DNA of 64,000 bases from Octopus vulgaris. Taxonomy: Eukaryota. The notes beneath the pieces were generated by a model. The model was given only the letters and a program-made list of their open reading frames with translations, was not told the DNA's origin and did no database searches. This document shows positions 1 through 13,260 of this stretch, one piece after another; position 1 is the stretch's first letter, and each line of letters starts with the position of its first letter. The DNA is taken from positions 73,098,001 through 73,162,000 of the forward strand of contig OX597817.1 in the NCBI GenBank assembly GCA_951406725.2. The letters run 5' to 3'. The translations under genes and the position numbers were made by a program.

Positions 1-1
1 T

Positions 2-213
2 TTAACCCTTTAGCATTTAAACCAGTGATATCCAGCCCAAATATTCTACCTGGCTAGATCTGACTACTCATGCCTACCTTACAATGTCATTTGAAAAATA
101 TACAATCCCATCAATGAAATCTTGAAATTACGAGATGATGCAGTGACTAGTTTGAAATAATGTGAGTAAAGAATTATTACATTTGACAGTAATCTAAATG
201 CTAAAAGGGTTAA
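2..213. mobile_element. TTAA-flanked piggyBac-like MITE, family A (coordinates include both TTAA)
   Basis: TTAA|CCCTTTAGCATTT at 2-18 and AAATGCTAAAAGGG|TTAA ending at 213 form terminal inverted repeats. No ORF. Further copies lie in the window. Confidence 0.8.
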
Positions 214-224
214 GCAAGGTATGC

Positions 225-560
225 ATTGTCTCAGGTAAAATAGATGCTACTCATCAGGGTGCATACCTCATAGATCAAAGAGTCTCTCTGGATCAAGCTG
301 TTACTTCTCCATATTGAGAATTCACAGCTCCAGTGTTGTGGACATGTAATTAGACATGTAATCACATGACATATTCTTCAAGCCAAGCCAACTGGTAGGA
401 GACTTAGTGGTAAACTAAGAACAAGATGGTTGGATAATATCCGTAGACTTGGTTGGTTACGCTTGGGAATTCAACCAGAAAGTATAATGATGTTGTTTTG
501 GAGAGGAGGTGCCTGGGGATTCCCAGGAATAGTGAATGTAGAAGGTGGATGGATTGTATG
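225..560 (+). mobile_element. RTE (Expander-like) LINE 3' relic, decayed ORF C-terminus
   Basis: Translates as ESLWIKLLLLHIENSQLQCCGHVIR and ILQAKPTGRRLSGKLRTRWLDNIRRLGWLRLGIQPE. This matches the RTE C-terminal pattern LLLHIERSQLRWxGH...PTGRRPRGRPRTRW...RLGI. It ends in GGTGGATGGA. Confidence 0.8.
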
Positions 561-819
561 AATAATGGGTGAAAATATATTTTTGATATTTAGGGAAATT
601 TTTTTGTTTAAATTCATTATTTCAAAATATTTTGATCTTTACAACTGAATGTTCTTCCTGTCATTAGACACTTCAGTCATGAAATAGGGGGTGGATTTTT
701 TTTTAATCAGTTAAATGAGCTTGACTCAGGTGCACAACTCAGTGAATGTAACTTAACTTTTATGATCATATGGCCAGTAGTCTAGCACCCCTTTAAAGCC
801 TCACAGCCATTGAAAAATA

Positions 820-864
820 AGTCAAATATCTGTTATTTCACTAGAAACAAACAGATATTTGACT
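820..864. repeat. Perfect 15-bp inverted repeat (hairpin)
   Basis: AGTCAAATATCTGTT (820-834) is the exact reverse complement of AACAGATATTTGACT (850-864). The 15-nt spacer contains a further TTTC/GAAA pair. Confidence 0.9.
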
Positions 865-1356
865 GCACAATGAAATTTCTTACCATTCATTATTGATGTT
901 GCAAACTTCTGTATGCTGATTTAGTTCTCATAACCATCTCAGATTCAAGAAGTTTAAAAGTAAATTTCACAAAGACTAATGTTAACAGGAAAGGAGATAA
1001 GTCTACTACCATCGGAGAGGTGACCTTGCTTGATATGTAGAAAAGGTGCTGGTATGAATTCTTTGCTGTATGTCTGATGTAAACTGTAGATACACTAGCA
1101 GTGGGAGTGAAATTTCACTTAGGCTGACAGAAAAAGGACTTCTTATATAATAGATGCACAGGGGTAGTTAGTAGTGAAAGCACCCATAAAATGAGTTTCT
1201 TCAAATGGTCAGAAGTCTCTCTGTATGTTGTTTGTTGCCTCTGTTACCTAAGTAACCTAATGAGTTATGGAGGTGTTGTTTGAAAAACCTAGTGGTGCAA
1301 ATAAACATTCAATGGCAAAAGTTCAGAGAACTTCTGGCAGTAAAGAAACTTTCTCT

Positions 1357-1581
1357 TTAACCCTTCAGCATTCAGATTACTCTTTCAAATATATTGCTTA
1401 TTTATTCACATTATTTTAAATTAGTCATGCATTCTTTCATAATTTTGAGAGTGTGACAGTATGACTGTTTATTTTTAGAATGACATTGTTGAGTTGGTGT
1501 GAGAGGCCAGATCTGGATGGTTTGTACATAAAACTAGAGTAATTTGGCTGGATATGGCTGGTTTCAATGTTAAATGGTTAA
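1357..1581. mobile_element. piggyBac-like MITE family A, inverted relative to the copy at 2-213
   Basis: TTAA|CCCTTCAGCATTCAGATTAC ... AATGTTAAATGG|TTAA. The interior is the reverse complement of 2-213. Confidence 0.8.
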
Positions 1582-2334
1582 GTGATGGGCAGATTGTATG
1601 TTACTGCAGACCAAGTATAATATTGCATAATGGCCAAACATGAGCACTAATGTGAAAAATATGCAAAATCTAGAACGAAATGAAGTTTGCATGCTTCACT
1701 TTGTATATAATGCATGGATGACATAACAAATGAGCTGAGTGAAAAACTGAGTATTAGATAAATCAGTTGTATACAAAAGGGAAAACTGAGCTGGCACAAA
1801 TATATGCATATTCCAATATGAAAGATAATTTTTATTCTAAAGCAGCAATATTTTGTTTTTAATGTTTGTTTCCCCCCCCCACTCGCATCCAGTCAGCTCT
1901 GAACCAATCTGTTATCAAAGATCCAGAATTTAGTTGTGACTATCCTACCCTTTTGTATGTGAAGATTTCTGTCTAATGCAGCAGTCCTTATTTTTAGGAT
2001 GGAATGCTGTCAGTTTTGGGAGATTTGCTAATAAATATCCTTGCAGGTTGATAGAGGATTCTTTGTGACTTTTTGTAGTCAGCATCATATCAGAAAAGGT
2101 AAATTCTTGTTGACCTATATGATTGCCATTCACTTGAAATTTTCCCGTTGAGGTGATTTTAGCATATAATTCAAAGAAAAGTATCATTGTTTGTCATCTG
2201 AAAAACAGAAAAAAAAAAGTTTTGCTTCTCCCCAAGTTAACAGAAATCAGCATTTTGTAACTAACATTAAGACTAGCCTGTTTGTTATGTATGAGAGAGA
2301 GAAGTACATGTATCTTTGTAGTTGTTTATTAGTT

Positions 2335-2562
2335 GTATTTGTTTCAGTCAGTGGACCGTGTCTATGTGGGGCACCACCTTGAAGGCTTCAGTCAAACAAA
2401 TCAACCCCGGGGCTTTTTTAAAAAATTTTTTTAAAGTCTGGTACTTATTCTATTAATGCTATTTGCTGAACCATTAAGTTATGGGGAATTAGACAACTGA
2501 CACCAGTTGTCAAACATTGATTGGTGACTAAAACAAAGATGAACATATATATATATATATAT

Positions 2563-2593
<31 letters not shown>

Positions 2594-2660
2594 TTCATAC
2601 AATGGGCTTCTACACAGTTTCCATCTACCTCATTCACTCACAAGGTATTGATCAGCCCTG
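2335..2660 (-). mobile_element. tRNA-derived CORE-type SINE (octopus OR-like), partial, with internal (TA)n(CA)n
   Basis: Reverse-complement similarity to the copies at 37422-37790 and 59766-60060 (GTTTCAGTCA..., GTTTCCATCTACC...ATTCACTCACAAGG). Confidence 0.65.
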
Positions 2661-3094
2661 AACTAGGCAGAATGGTATACTACTACTTTGTTTTTAATGT
2701 AACAATGAATGAAGAAACTAAAGTTACAAACTCGTTTGTGTAGATATATTTATTCAAACTTTCTCAGTTTGGTTTTGCAGTCAACCTTAATATGTTTTGA
2801 TCCACAAAAATGTTCTTTCGTGTATGACATATTACCTGTAATGATATACAAGTACATTACATTAGAATTTAAAGATGCATTCATACAAAGACCTGCTCAT
2901 ATGCTTATGCAAAAGAGAAAAAGTTGGCCTTTTCATAAAACATTTTCTTTTTACTGTTTCAAAAGCATACATGAGCAAGCACGCTTGCACACATGATGTA
3001 CGCATGCACATACACAAAGAATTGCAAACATGTAATCACCTATGTAGTTTATTTTACTGACATAATCCAAATGCATTGCTTAAGATAAACCTAA

Positions 3095-3660
3095 AATCTT
3101 TTCTCTTTCTCCTTCCCCCCTCTCTGCCCCTTCTCCCTCTTGTTTCTCTCCTCTGTCCTTTGTCACCCCCTCCCACCCACCCATCCACACATATCCACAT
3201 GCAGCAGCTGCATCATGTTTCCTTGAGGTTACAAGAAAAGTCTCTCTCTCTTCTCATTCTCCTCTTGCCCTGGTTTTCTCCACTCAGCAATACCCCACAC
3301 TTTATTTTTATTTTTTTTAATCTTGCCTCATGAGTTTGTTGCCCCCCTCCCTTCACACACACACGCACATAAAACTACACTTTTCCACACTTACACATGC
3401 ATCCACACTTTTATACATGCATACATCTGTACTCATATGTACACATACTGCGACACATAAATATCTGCACTCTTACACACACAACTCCTCTCTTGAATTG
3501 CACACACTCACACACACATCTCTCTCTCTCTTTCTCTAATGCACACTCACAATCGCATACTCACACACATGCACAAACACTAACACACACATGCATGCTC
3601 TCTCCCACGCGCACACATACACGCACACATACACGCACTCTCTCTCTCTCACATATGCTC
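3095..3660. repeat. Low-complexity CT-rich and (CA)n-rich simple sequence
   Basis: Degenerate CT, CA and CACG repeats. These account for the His/Thr/Leu-rich spurious ORFs at 3076-3779. Confidence 0.85.
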
Positions 3661-4654
3661 ATCATTTTCTTCATTACTTCAAGCATGGTTATTCCCCACT
3701 CCCTCTGCTTTCTCTTGCAAAAAGCATTTTGCTATCCCTAAACAATAACTTTCCTGGGCTGGTTGTTAATGGCAACTGACAATAAGTAGAGAGGATGTGG
3801 GGTGGAACTAGTAGTTGGTTTTCTTTCTTTCCTTTATCTTTGATTAATGCCAAATTCATAATATGGTATTGTCTGCTCTATGTATATCATGGGTTATTAT
3901 CTTTTGTGAGTTAGTGTTCATTCTCATATGATGATGATTGGGATGATAATCATTTCTAATGATGTTTCAGACCAATAGATAAACTAAGAGCATAGATTTT
4001 GATGAGATCCATTCCATCCCCAGTGAGTGTTTAATACTTACTTTATAAACCATTTCAGTTTCTGACTGAAAGATTCAGTTTACCTTAGCTGGGTTTGAAC
4101 TCTGAGTAGCAATGATGGCTATCCAAGATTTGATTAGTGTATAGAAGTAGTATGCATTGAATCAAATCATTAACCTTGTATATTAGTTAAATTAGACTGA
4201 AGACATACATGGTTAGGTGAGTGTTAATGCATTAGTTATTCATTTAGAAAGCTTCAGCTTAAAAATGTAAAGCACTGTGAGTGGATTTGGAATATGGAAA
4301 ATCAAAGGATTTTGTTTTGTGTGTCTGTGTGTCCTTGTCTTGACATTACACAAATATCACTATCATACGAGCAATACTGTTCATTTGCAGACTTCTGTGA
4401 AAATATGTCCGTTGTGCTGTTTATTGTTTGAAGGACTAGAAGTATTACCTTGCTTCTAAACAGGTGAATGTTGGCGATAAGATTAAGCCATAGAATAGTT
4501 ACATCACAACAAATTTCATCTGACCTGTGCAAGCTTCGAAACGTAGACTTTAAAACAATGATAATGAAGATAGTAATAGTTCATCCCTCCCTCATCTGTT
4601 CTTCATTCATATGAAATAATATTGGTAGGTAGCAAGTTTAGAGGCAAAATGTAT

Positions 4655-4800
4655 GTGTGGCCTAGTGGTTAGTGTTGCATTCACGATCACGATATTGTGG
4701 TTTCAGTTCCCAGACTTGCTGTACATTGAGTTCTTGAGCAAAACACTTCATTTCACATTGCTCCAGTCCATACAGCCATAAATGGGTAACCTTACCATGG
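4655..4800 (+). mobile_element. tRNA-headed SINE fragment (separate family)
   Basis: A-box-like GTGGCCTAGTGGTTAG and B-box-like GGTTTCAGTTCC, then TTCTTGAGCAAAACACTT...TTGCTCCAGTCC. Confidence 0.55.
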
Positions 4801-6917
4801 ATTGACATGCAAGGGTGAGATGGTGGCACACAAAAAAAAAATCATCTGAACAGAGGTCTTGCAAGCCACATTTTGTATTCAGCAATCAGAAAGATGAATA
4901 GTAAAACCCATATTTTGAATCCCAACTGGTTGGGACTGGTTGTTCAACCATGTCGAAGGTTGATTGTTTGACTGACTGCATAGTTGTGAATTCAGTTAAA
5001 AATCTTGCTGTAATATTTGTACTGAGCCTTCAGTGTACAGCTTAATGACTAACTTGTTTCAGTCTGTCTGCTTAACAACAGGTTCCTTATTTGCATTTGA
5101 ATGTTTAACAGTAAGAGGGCATCTGCTTGTAGAAACCCCTTGCTTTAACATTATGCAAATGCCAAATTTTGAAAACCCATTTCATAAAATGGATGCATTT
5201 ACTATGAAACTGTATTTTTAAAAGAATGAAAACCTGTTGTATTTTCCCAATATCTATTTTTATTTTCTTTTTAAACCCTTATGGAAATATCTACATTGAG
5301 GCTTTTGATGGAAAGTATTTGCATGGATATGTATTGAATTATCATTTGCACATGCTTCATTTTGGGGTCTAGCTGTCATCTTTATATGTTAGTGTATATA
5401 AACAGATGACTTTTTCCTTTTATTTTATGGCTTAGAAATATGATAGTGCCCATGAATTTTTATAGGACGTCTGAGACAGGGGAGTGGAAAAGGATAGAGA
5501 AACTCGTTAGATTGCTCAATAGATGAGTAGGAAACTACTTCAGGATAGCTATTCTCTTACATCAGCTGATAATTGTGTTAAACTGGGCAGTTAGATGTGT
5601 CTACCACCCATGGCTTTTCTTCAGTTCAGCTATAGAATGTTTTTGTGTGTAACACTGATTCCATGTGCAGAGAGTCAATAGAAATGTCTTTATTGGCTTG
5701 AGCATTTTGGCATTCAACCAATAAGAAATAGCAGCTAAATCTACCACTGATATTCCACAATTTACCTAAAGAAAAAAAAATGGATAATTTGTCAAACAAT
5801 ATCGTTTGTCATTGGAACTGCTGGTTTAGAGCTGACCAGGATAAAGCCACAAACAATATAGATTTGCTTGTATTTTTCTGTTGGTTACAAAGAAATTTCA
5901 GTATAAGCCCTGCCCCAAAATTATATTTACTGTTTTGAATGAAAAGAGTTTTTTGTTTTTTTTATAAGAAACTTAATAGCTTTTTCATTATTGCAATGGG
6001 CTGTTTGAGAAAGGGAGGCTGTTAATTAGATTGATCACCTTCAGTGTTTGATTGGTTTTTATTTTACTCACCTTGCAACAGTGAACGGCAAAGCTGGCCA
6101 TGACAGAAATGAACTCAGGAAGGAGATGTAACAAAATAGCAGATGATATTTTATTTAGCTCTCTGCCAATTCTATTGAGAATTGCTGTATTTGATATTTC
6201 CGCCATAACTTTAACATTTTATATTATGATTAGGAATATAATCTACAAAGTTAAAACTTTTATGACTCTCACGAAAATTAATGTAAGCACCGATTATAGT
6301 TTTCAAAAATAGTTATAGATGTAAGATGATAAGGTTTAGTAGCAAGTACTTGGCATGAGATCATAAATTACTTCATCAAATTACACTAGTGATCATAAAA
6401 TATTTTAAGCCCTCCCTCTTTCTCTGTCTCCTTTACTCCTTATTTCCATTTTTAGAATGTACTCTCACCTCGAATTCAAGTTTCTTTGATCACCACAGAA
6501 AGTTATGTGTAATGCTTATGTCTGTGAGCATATTTCAGATAAATCAAAAAATAATAAAGCTTAGATTATAATGCTTCTCTATAAACACATGATGAAAATT
6601 CAGCGAACCAGAATGAATCAATACCACCTTATCTGAGACTGCTTATGGTGTTATGATATAAAACTTGTTGATTTCAAAAATTTCATGTAGAAATGTTTTA
6701 TGTTCCAAATAGTAGTTTAATAATGATGAAACTAATTATTTACTAATCCTTCCAAATTGTTGATTATTTAAACAATTATTGAAACATATACGCCATTAAT
6801 ATTATTAGAAATCTGGCAACAAAAGAACTAAAATTCATGACAAAATCTGAAGTTTTTGCAACAGCTGAAATAGTTTTTCTATATTTCAAAGGTGGTAGAT
6901 CTAACCTCTTGTCCAGT

Positions 6918-7127
6918 TTAATCCTTCTGCATTCAGATTACTCAGTCAAATGTACTGCTTATTTGATCACATTGTTTTGAATTGATCTTGTAATTTCGAG
7001 ATACTAATGGTGTGATCATTTACATTTAGATTGACATTATATGGTAGGTGTGAGAAGATAGAACTAGCTGATATGAGCATTAAACACAAAGAATAACTGG
7101 CTATGGCCAGTTTAAATGCTTAAAGGG
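6918..7127. mobile_element. piggyBac-like MITE family A
   Basis: TTAA|TCCTTCTGCATTCAGATTAC ... TTTAAATGCTTAAAGGG. Colinear with 1357-1581. Confidence 0.75.
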
Positions 7128-7801
7128 TCCTAGAGTGCTTTTGGCAGAGTCTATTCCGTTGTATTTGGACCCTGCCCCCAGTCTGAGGATAACATGAGTC
7201 ATACTTACTTTCTTCCCTATCCTAGTGTCAGTAGCCCCTACAAAAAGGTCTAGAGCAGTTGCTCCCTCTTTTGATTAAACCATTAAAAAAATTCCTTGAA
7301 AAAATTGTACATTGAAGAAGAAAATTTTTTTTAAATAATGAATTTATATATCACATTACCATTTCATGTTTTTAATTCAAGGAATTACACTTGCAGAATG
7401 TACAGAAGCTAATCATTAGCATCATTGTTTTAATGTCTACTTTTAAATGCTTGTGTGAGTTGGATGAAGGTTATTAGATTGTCCATGGCTGTATGCCCAT
7501 ACCTGTTTCCAAGCAAGACAATATTTCCTCATAGCCAGACATGATTTTGCAGAATATTAGAAATGAATGGCATTCATTTTCAACAATCATGCAATGTCAA
7601 AATAAAGAGACAAATATATACACATGCAAGCACACACAAACAATAGGTTTCTTTCAATATTCATATACCAAATTTATCCACAAGGCTTCAGTTGGCCTAT
7701 TGCTGTTGTAGAAGAAACATTATAGTGGTGCTATGTAGTGGGACTCCACCTACAATATTTAAAAACACATGCACAAAGATTGGGGTGTGCATATCAGGTG
7801 A

Positions 7802-7945
7802 TTAACCTTTTGAGCCCGTAACACTGATTTACCAGTGGATGGCTTATTTTTCTCTATACCATAGCTCTGCTCTACTGGTGAAGTGCATCAGGAAGCCAGG
7901 TATATGGTCAAATAAGGTTCAGGCAGTCAGGGCTCAAAGGTTTAA
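7802..7945. mobile_element. Short TTAA-flanked MITE, family C
   Basis: TTAACCTTTTGAGCCC at the left and GGGCTCAAAGGTTTAA at the right are near-perfect inverted termini. The interior is unrelated to families A and B. Confidence 0.65.
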
Positions 7946-9706
7946 GGACCACAAATGGCAAGCCAGTGTGCCAAAATAAGCCTGTCCAATCCATGCCAGC
8001 ATGGTAAAAAAAAATGGCTTAAAATGATAAATGGATGATAGAAATATCATCTGAAATATTATTTATACATGCATGTTAAATGAAATACTGTTAAAAATTT
8101 CTTTTCACATGGAATAAGTGTAATCATCTGTATTTTAGTTGATGTCTTGACTTAGAAAGACCATTTTCAACTACATATATAAAACCTCAATTTCAACTGA
8201 GGGACAAGCTTTGCTGACTTAATCACAGACTTGTGTTCAAAATTTTCATTTATTAATAAAAAAAAAAATGCTGAGCAATTTATAATGCCTTGTAGCTTAG
8301 CAATTTGTTCCACCCAGAGTAAGTTTCAGCTCTGTCCAACCAGTGAGCAGTGAAAAATACTCTCTCTTGCTCTCCTCTCTCTCTCTCTCTTTCTTCCCCC
8401 CCCCTCTCTCTCACACACACACACACACTGTAATTTATTTACCAACTTAAAACTTGGAAAATATTGCTTGTGTTTTTCTTTCTGTTTGTATTTTAGCTCA
8501 CTTCAAGCTTTTCTTTTCTTCTACTGGAAAGCTGATTAACAATTAATTATTCACTGTGTCTACAAAAATAAAAAAAAATGCTATTCCATTACTTACTGGT
8601 CAGTAATTCATAGTTGAAAGACATTGAAGATAAAAAAAATTGTTTCTGGAAATATGTATTTCCTCTATCTTTATTACCAGTGATGTTGTTTTGTATTGAG
8701 GCAGACCTTTTTTTAGCCGCTACTGTTATTCCTGCATGCATTGAGAACACAACAAACAGAAAACTGTTAAATATTTGATAAATTTTAAGAATTTTCACTA
8801 GTAATTTGTTTGGTTCTGAAGTAAAGAGGTGCAGGGAGTAAGTGATAGCACTTGTGGTTTTGTAGTGTTTCCTCGGTTAGTGAGGTCATTGTCATTTATG
8901 TTCAGTTTAAACAGCTGCTAGTTGGGAAATTGGGTTTTATGTGACCATATAGTCCAAAGAGCTGATATTGCAAAACTATTGCAATATCAGAATAGACAGG
9001 TACATTTGAGTGGAAATGACAGTTTCTTTTTTTATTTTTTATTAATCTCAAAAGCAAAAAAAAAAACAAAAGCTATTATAGTATTCATGAAAGAAATGAT
9101 ATGAGGACAAAAATTGTGGGTTTCCGTTGTTTGATAAGTAAAAGCCTACATAACAGCTAGATGTGCCCTTGGCTTTTTTTTTTTTTTTTTCTTGTTTTGG
9201 CTTTGTTACTTTTCCTTATGCTTTTGTTTATGTTGCCTTCAGCCTCTCAGATAATGCAGGGCCTTTGACAATAAGCAACATTTTCTTAACTGAATTATTT
9301 TCTAACCCTGTAGAGAAAACACGGTCTTTGAGATTAGTCATGATTGGTATTGATGTATGGTTGCCTCCAAAGCACTTCAGAAAATGTGAAATATAGCATT
9401 TGTAATGGTGATACTGTGAATGTACTTTTAACATATCCAAGTCCTTTGAACATTGGAGATACAGTTCTGGTGCCACTTTTTGTGTCTTTCCAACTGAGAT
9501 CAGTAAAATAGATATCATTAATTAATTTACCCAGAGCAATTTACTCACCTGTATCTACAAGTGGTTCAGTCACTTATTTCTCTACAAAAGTCTCACCATT
9601 TAAAAGCAAATATCCCATTTAGTTGACGTTATATTGAATATCATGCATTACAAATACTTGAGAATTTTCAAAAACATGTATATATTCAATTTTATTTTCA
9701 TTTTAG

Positions 9707-9739
9707 GAAGAAAAAAGTCAATGACCTTGAAAACCAGAG
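9707..9739 (+). CDS. AEBP2: Candidate 33-nt coding microexon of AEBP2/jing (phase 2-2; KKKVNDLENQ plus split codons)
   Basis: Acceptor TTTTATTTTCATTTTAG, exon GAAGAAAAAAGTCAATGACCTTGAAAACCAGAG, donor GTAATT. Open in phase 2. The final AG joins the first base C of the 56462 exon to make AGC (Ser), giving KKKVNDLENQ-S-PCISKQ. No transcript evidence is available. Confidence 0.6.
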
Positions 9740-12700
9740 GTAATTAAATTTCTCTTTTTCTATTTTTATTAACATTTAAACTGGCCATATCAAACCCAAA
9801 TATTCTACTTATTTTAAGTCCTTATGTGCAGGCATTTTTGACCTTACATGCAGGAATTTGTATGTAAATTGAGTACAAATTGCTGTTTTCACATTTTTTG
9901 TCATTTTTGGCATAGTATTGGTCTCCATTCATAGAGTGGATTTTTGACACCCAGAAGTCTATTTATGACCATTCCTGTGGTTTTCATTTCTTTTCTTTTC
10001 AGCTATAGCATATGTAGGAGAGTTTATAAAAGAATTGTTAACAAGCTGGGTAAAATGCTTAGTGGTATTTTGTTTGTCTTTTTTGCTTTTCATCCTTTCA
10101 GGGTTAATAAGCAACAGAGGAAGAAACTTAATTACTGCTAGGGATTAAGTCTCAGGTTTACATCATTTCTTTCACCATCTTGCCTATAATTGTTTCTCAG
10201 CTCACATGTAACAAATTTGTCTAAGGTGCCCCTAATTTTGCATAATTGTTATTAGAACAGCAAGGCCAGAATACCTCATTAAAAAATGCAGTATTTAGTT
10301 GTTTTGCTCCTAGGTGGGCCCTGATGGGGGAAAACCTATAACCAAGAGCATTCAATCCATGATTACCCCCTCACACACACACCTCTTTTCTTTAAGGAGT
10401 AGTGTATCTTGGATTACATTATCAGATATTTCCTTTTTTTTAAGCTGGTGGCTATGATCGGGTTGCTATTTCTAGCATGCCTAATGGCAGTATCAAAGCT
10501 CTCATTAATTTCATTACTGGTTAGTTGGGTGGGGGGCTGTGCTCATGACCTTTACCAGTCCTTTCAAGTCGATGGGGTCGGTGCAGTTGATGGTCAGTAA
10601 CCAGCAGTGAAAATTCCAAATGAGTAGAGTTTTGAGGAGAAAGGATTGAGCAGACTGATTTGTGTTCAGAGGAAAATGAAACTGCAAGAGAGAAGCAATA
10701 AAATAATTGGATTGTGTGGTCTTGTGAAGAAGACATTCACTGCTTGATAGCTCAAAGCCATTGTAGAAGAATAACAGAGGGAATAACATTTTTTGTAAGT
10801 TAATAGACAAAGACTCACCAATACAGTAGATCTACTAACTTAATTGGCCTTGTTTTTATATATAGTTTGGAATTTGTGTTTGTGTTGGTGTGTTGCAGCA
10901 TCAGTGCCTAAAATACAAGAACAGTACTCAAATGTGGGTTGCACTAGAGTCTTATTTTCTAAATTATTTGAAACAAAGGCAGTGCATTTTAACAGAAATA
11001 TGGTAACAAAAGGGTTATAGAGGGTTGCCAATAAATCAGAGCTAAAACATTTGCTTGCTGATAAGGAAAGGAGCTCTTATAGATTACAAATTTGACAATG
11101 TTATATATCTAATATTGGAGAAAGAGATCATGGCTTAATAGGAAATCATAATGAAGGGCATTGCAAAGGGAAAGAGATGGCCAAGATAAAGGTGTTATGG
11201 ATGTGAACTACTAATCTATTACCTGTCATTAATATTCCAAAGTTGACAGAGATAGTTATAAACAAACACTATAAGTTCAAATGCTATTGGTCAGCTTCTG
11301 TTTTCATTTTCTTCGGTTGTCTATAAATTACTTGTAACATTGAATACTGAAATTGATTTTATCGACTGTACTCTTCTTCAAAAATGTGGGAAAGAAATGT
11401 TCATTACTCTTTGTGGTAGTGGTAGCAGCAGCAGCAGTAGTAGTAATATTCAACAGTCCCAAAGCCTAAAACGTTGGAAGTTCTTTCCCACTTACAACTG
11501 AGCATTTATTCAGTTAGGTGTATCTAAGTTGGCAATGGTGAAAAGAAACAGGACAAAAATTTTAAACTTTGTGACAAAGTAGTTGAAAAAAAATTTACAG
11601 AATGATGTTTTAGAGTCTGTTGTTGATCATGTCTGGACTATTTTTGAATTTTGATAGCATATTACCTGTGTTAACATTTTATATTTATTTATTACTTGTA
11701 ATGCTTTTTTCTTCTTTGTCTTGGTGCTGTGAATGATCCAAGTGCCTTGACAAACCATTTGAGATTGCAATCAGATGCACCCTAAAAAAAAAAAAAACTT
11801 TAGCATTATATGTTTGGCATATTATTTCCACATCCATTGCTTCGGTGTAAACTACAATACATTCATCATCATCACACAGTTAAAAATATCAGTTCACTTG
11901 TGAGGGACATTTGTCATTTGTGTCAGACGTGAATATGGCTTAAAGCTGTTCTACACTGCTTTAACATTATTGTAAACATCTGCTCTTAACTAATATTTAA
12001 CAGCTCCTATATACACATACATGTGGTGTTGTAAATTGTTTTTTTCATTTACTTCACTTACACTGCTAATCCCATTGGGGAAAAGGCATGGATATCGCAC
12101 TTAAAAAATTTCTTTCTATCTTGTGTCAATCCATGGTGTTATGCTTTTAGGCAAAAAAAAAAAAAAAATGGCTTTAAAAAAAAATTTATTACCTTCCTAA
12201 GTAGAATTATCAATATTAATGCAAGAATTTTTCAGAAAAAAGTATTTGCTTTTTACAAAATGACATAGATATTAATAGAAGAAGCATATATTGCTAATGC
12301 ATCAACATAGCATGAACATTTAAAAAAAATTATTATATATCAAAGTGTAATGTTTTTGAAATATACTGTAGTCTCTATGGAGTAGAACTCTGGGAATATA
12401 AGCCACCAAGGGAATTTCTATGTACATGGAAACTCAAACTGTTAAAAATAGCAGCAAAATCTCTCTCAAATAACATTGACATAAGGACACATTGGATAAT
12501 CTAGTGTGGAATAACGGATCAGATGCACAAAACTAGATTACTTTGATCATTGGTCAGAGCATGGATCTAAATAACCCAGGAAATATATACCCAAGGTCTC
12601 TGGTACAGCCCAACATGGGTATTAAATTGTCTGCACAATTTAGTTCACAACTCTCATTAGAATTCACTAACCTGTTGCTGCGCTACCGGGAGACAGCATT

Positions 12701-12919
12701 TAACTACATAGATAATATGTTGTAATTCACATAGGGTGGGCTAAATTGTATATTGGTGTTACTTTGACAACTAATTATTAACATTACAGCATGGTAACCT
12801 TAAAAATTTAGTCTCAATTCAATATTCCTACTATGCAGCTGATGATTTGGAATATATTCAACTTTATTTTCCGAGCAATCCACAGATGTGTACATACTGT
12901 ACATGCATACATAAATTAA

Positions 12920-13260
12920 GCTGGCATGTTATGCAGTTTAGAAGTTTTCACTTTGAAACCACATTTGGAGGTTTGGTCCTTCTGCACAGCACTTTGAGGA
13001 GGGTGTCTTCTATTTCATACCTTTTCTGACCAATGTCTTGTGAGTGAATCTGGTATACAGAAATTGTGCAGAAACTCACTGTGGTAGTGTGTATTGATTG
13101 ATCAATTCCTTATTGCTTGGCAACTGGTGTTGTTTTGTTTAGCAGTATGGTAAAAAGTGACTAATACGGTAAGTACTGGCAATGATTTGATCAACTAAAT
13201 CATTCAGATGGTACCCCCAGCATGACTGTAGTCCAATGACTGAAACAAGTGAAAGAATAA
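12920..13260 (+). mobile_element. CORE-type tRNA SINE, old near full-length copy
   Basis: Colinear with 37422-37790 (CAATGTCTTGTGAGTGAATCTGGTA ... GGTACCCCAGCATGACTGTAGTCCAATGACTGAAACAAG). An inverted partial copy lies at about 13460-13705. Confidence 0.65.
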
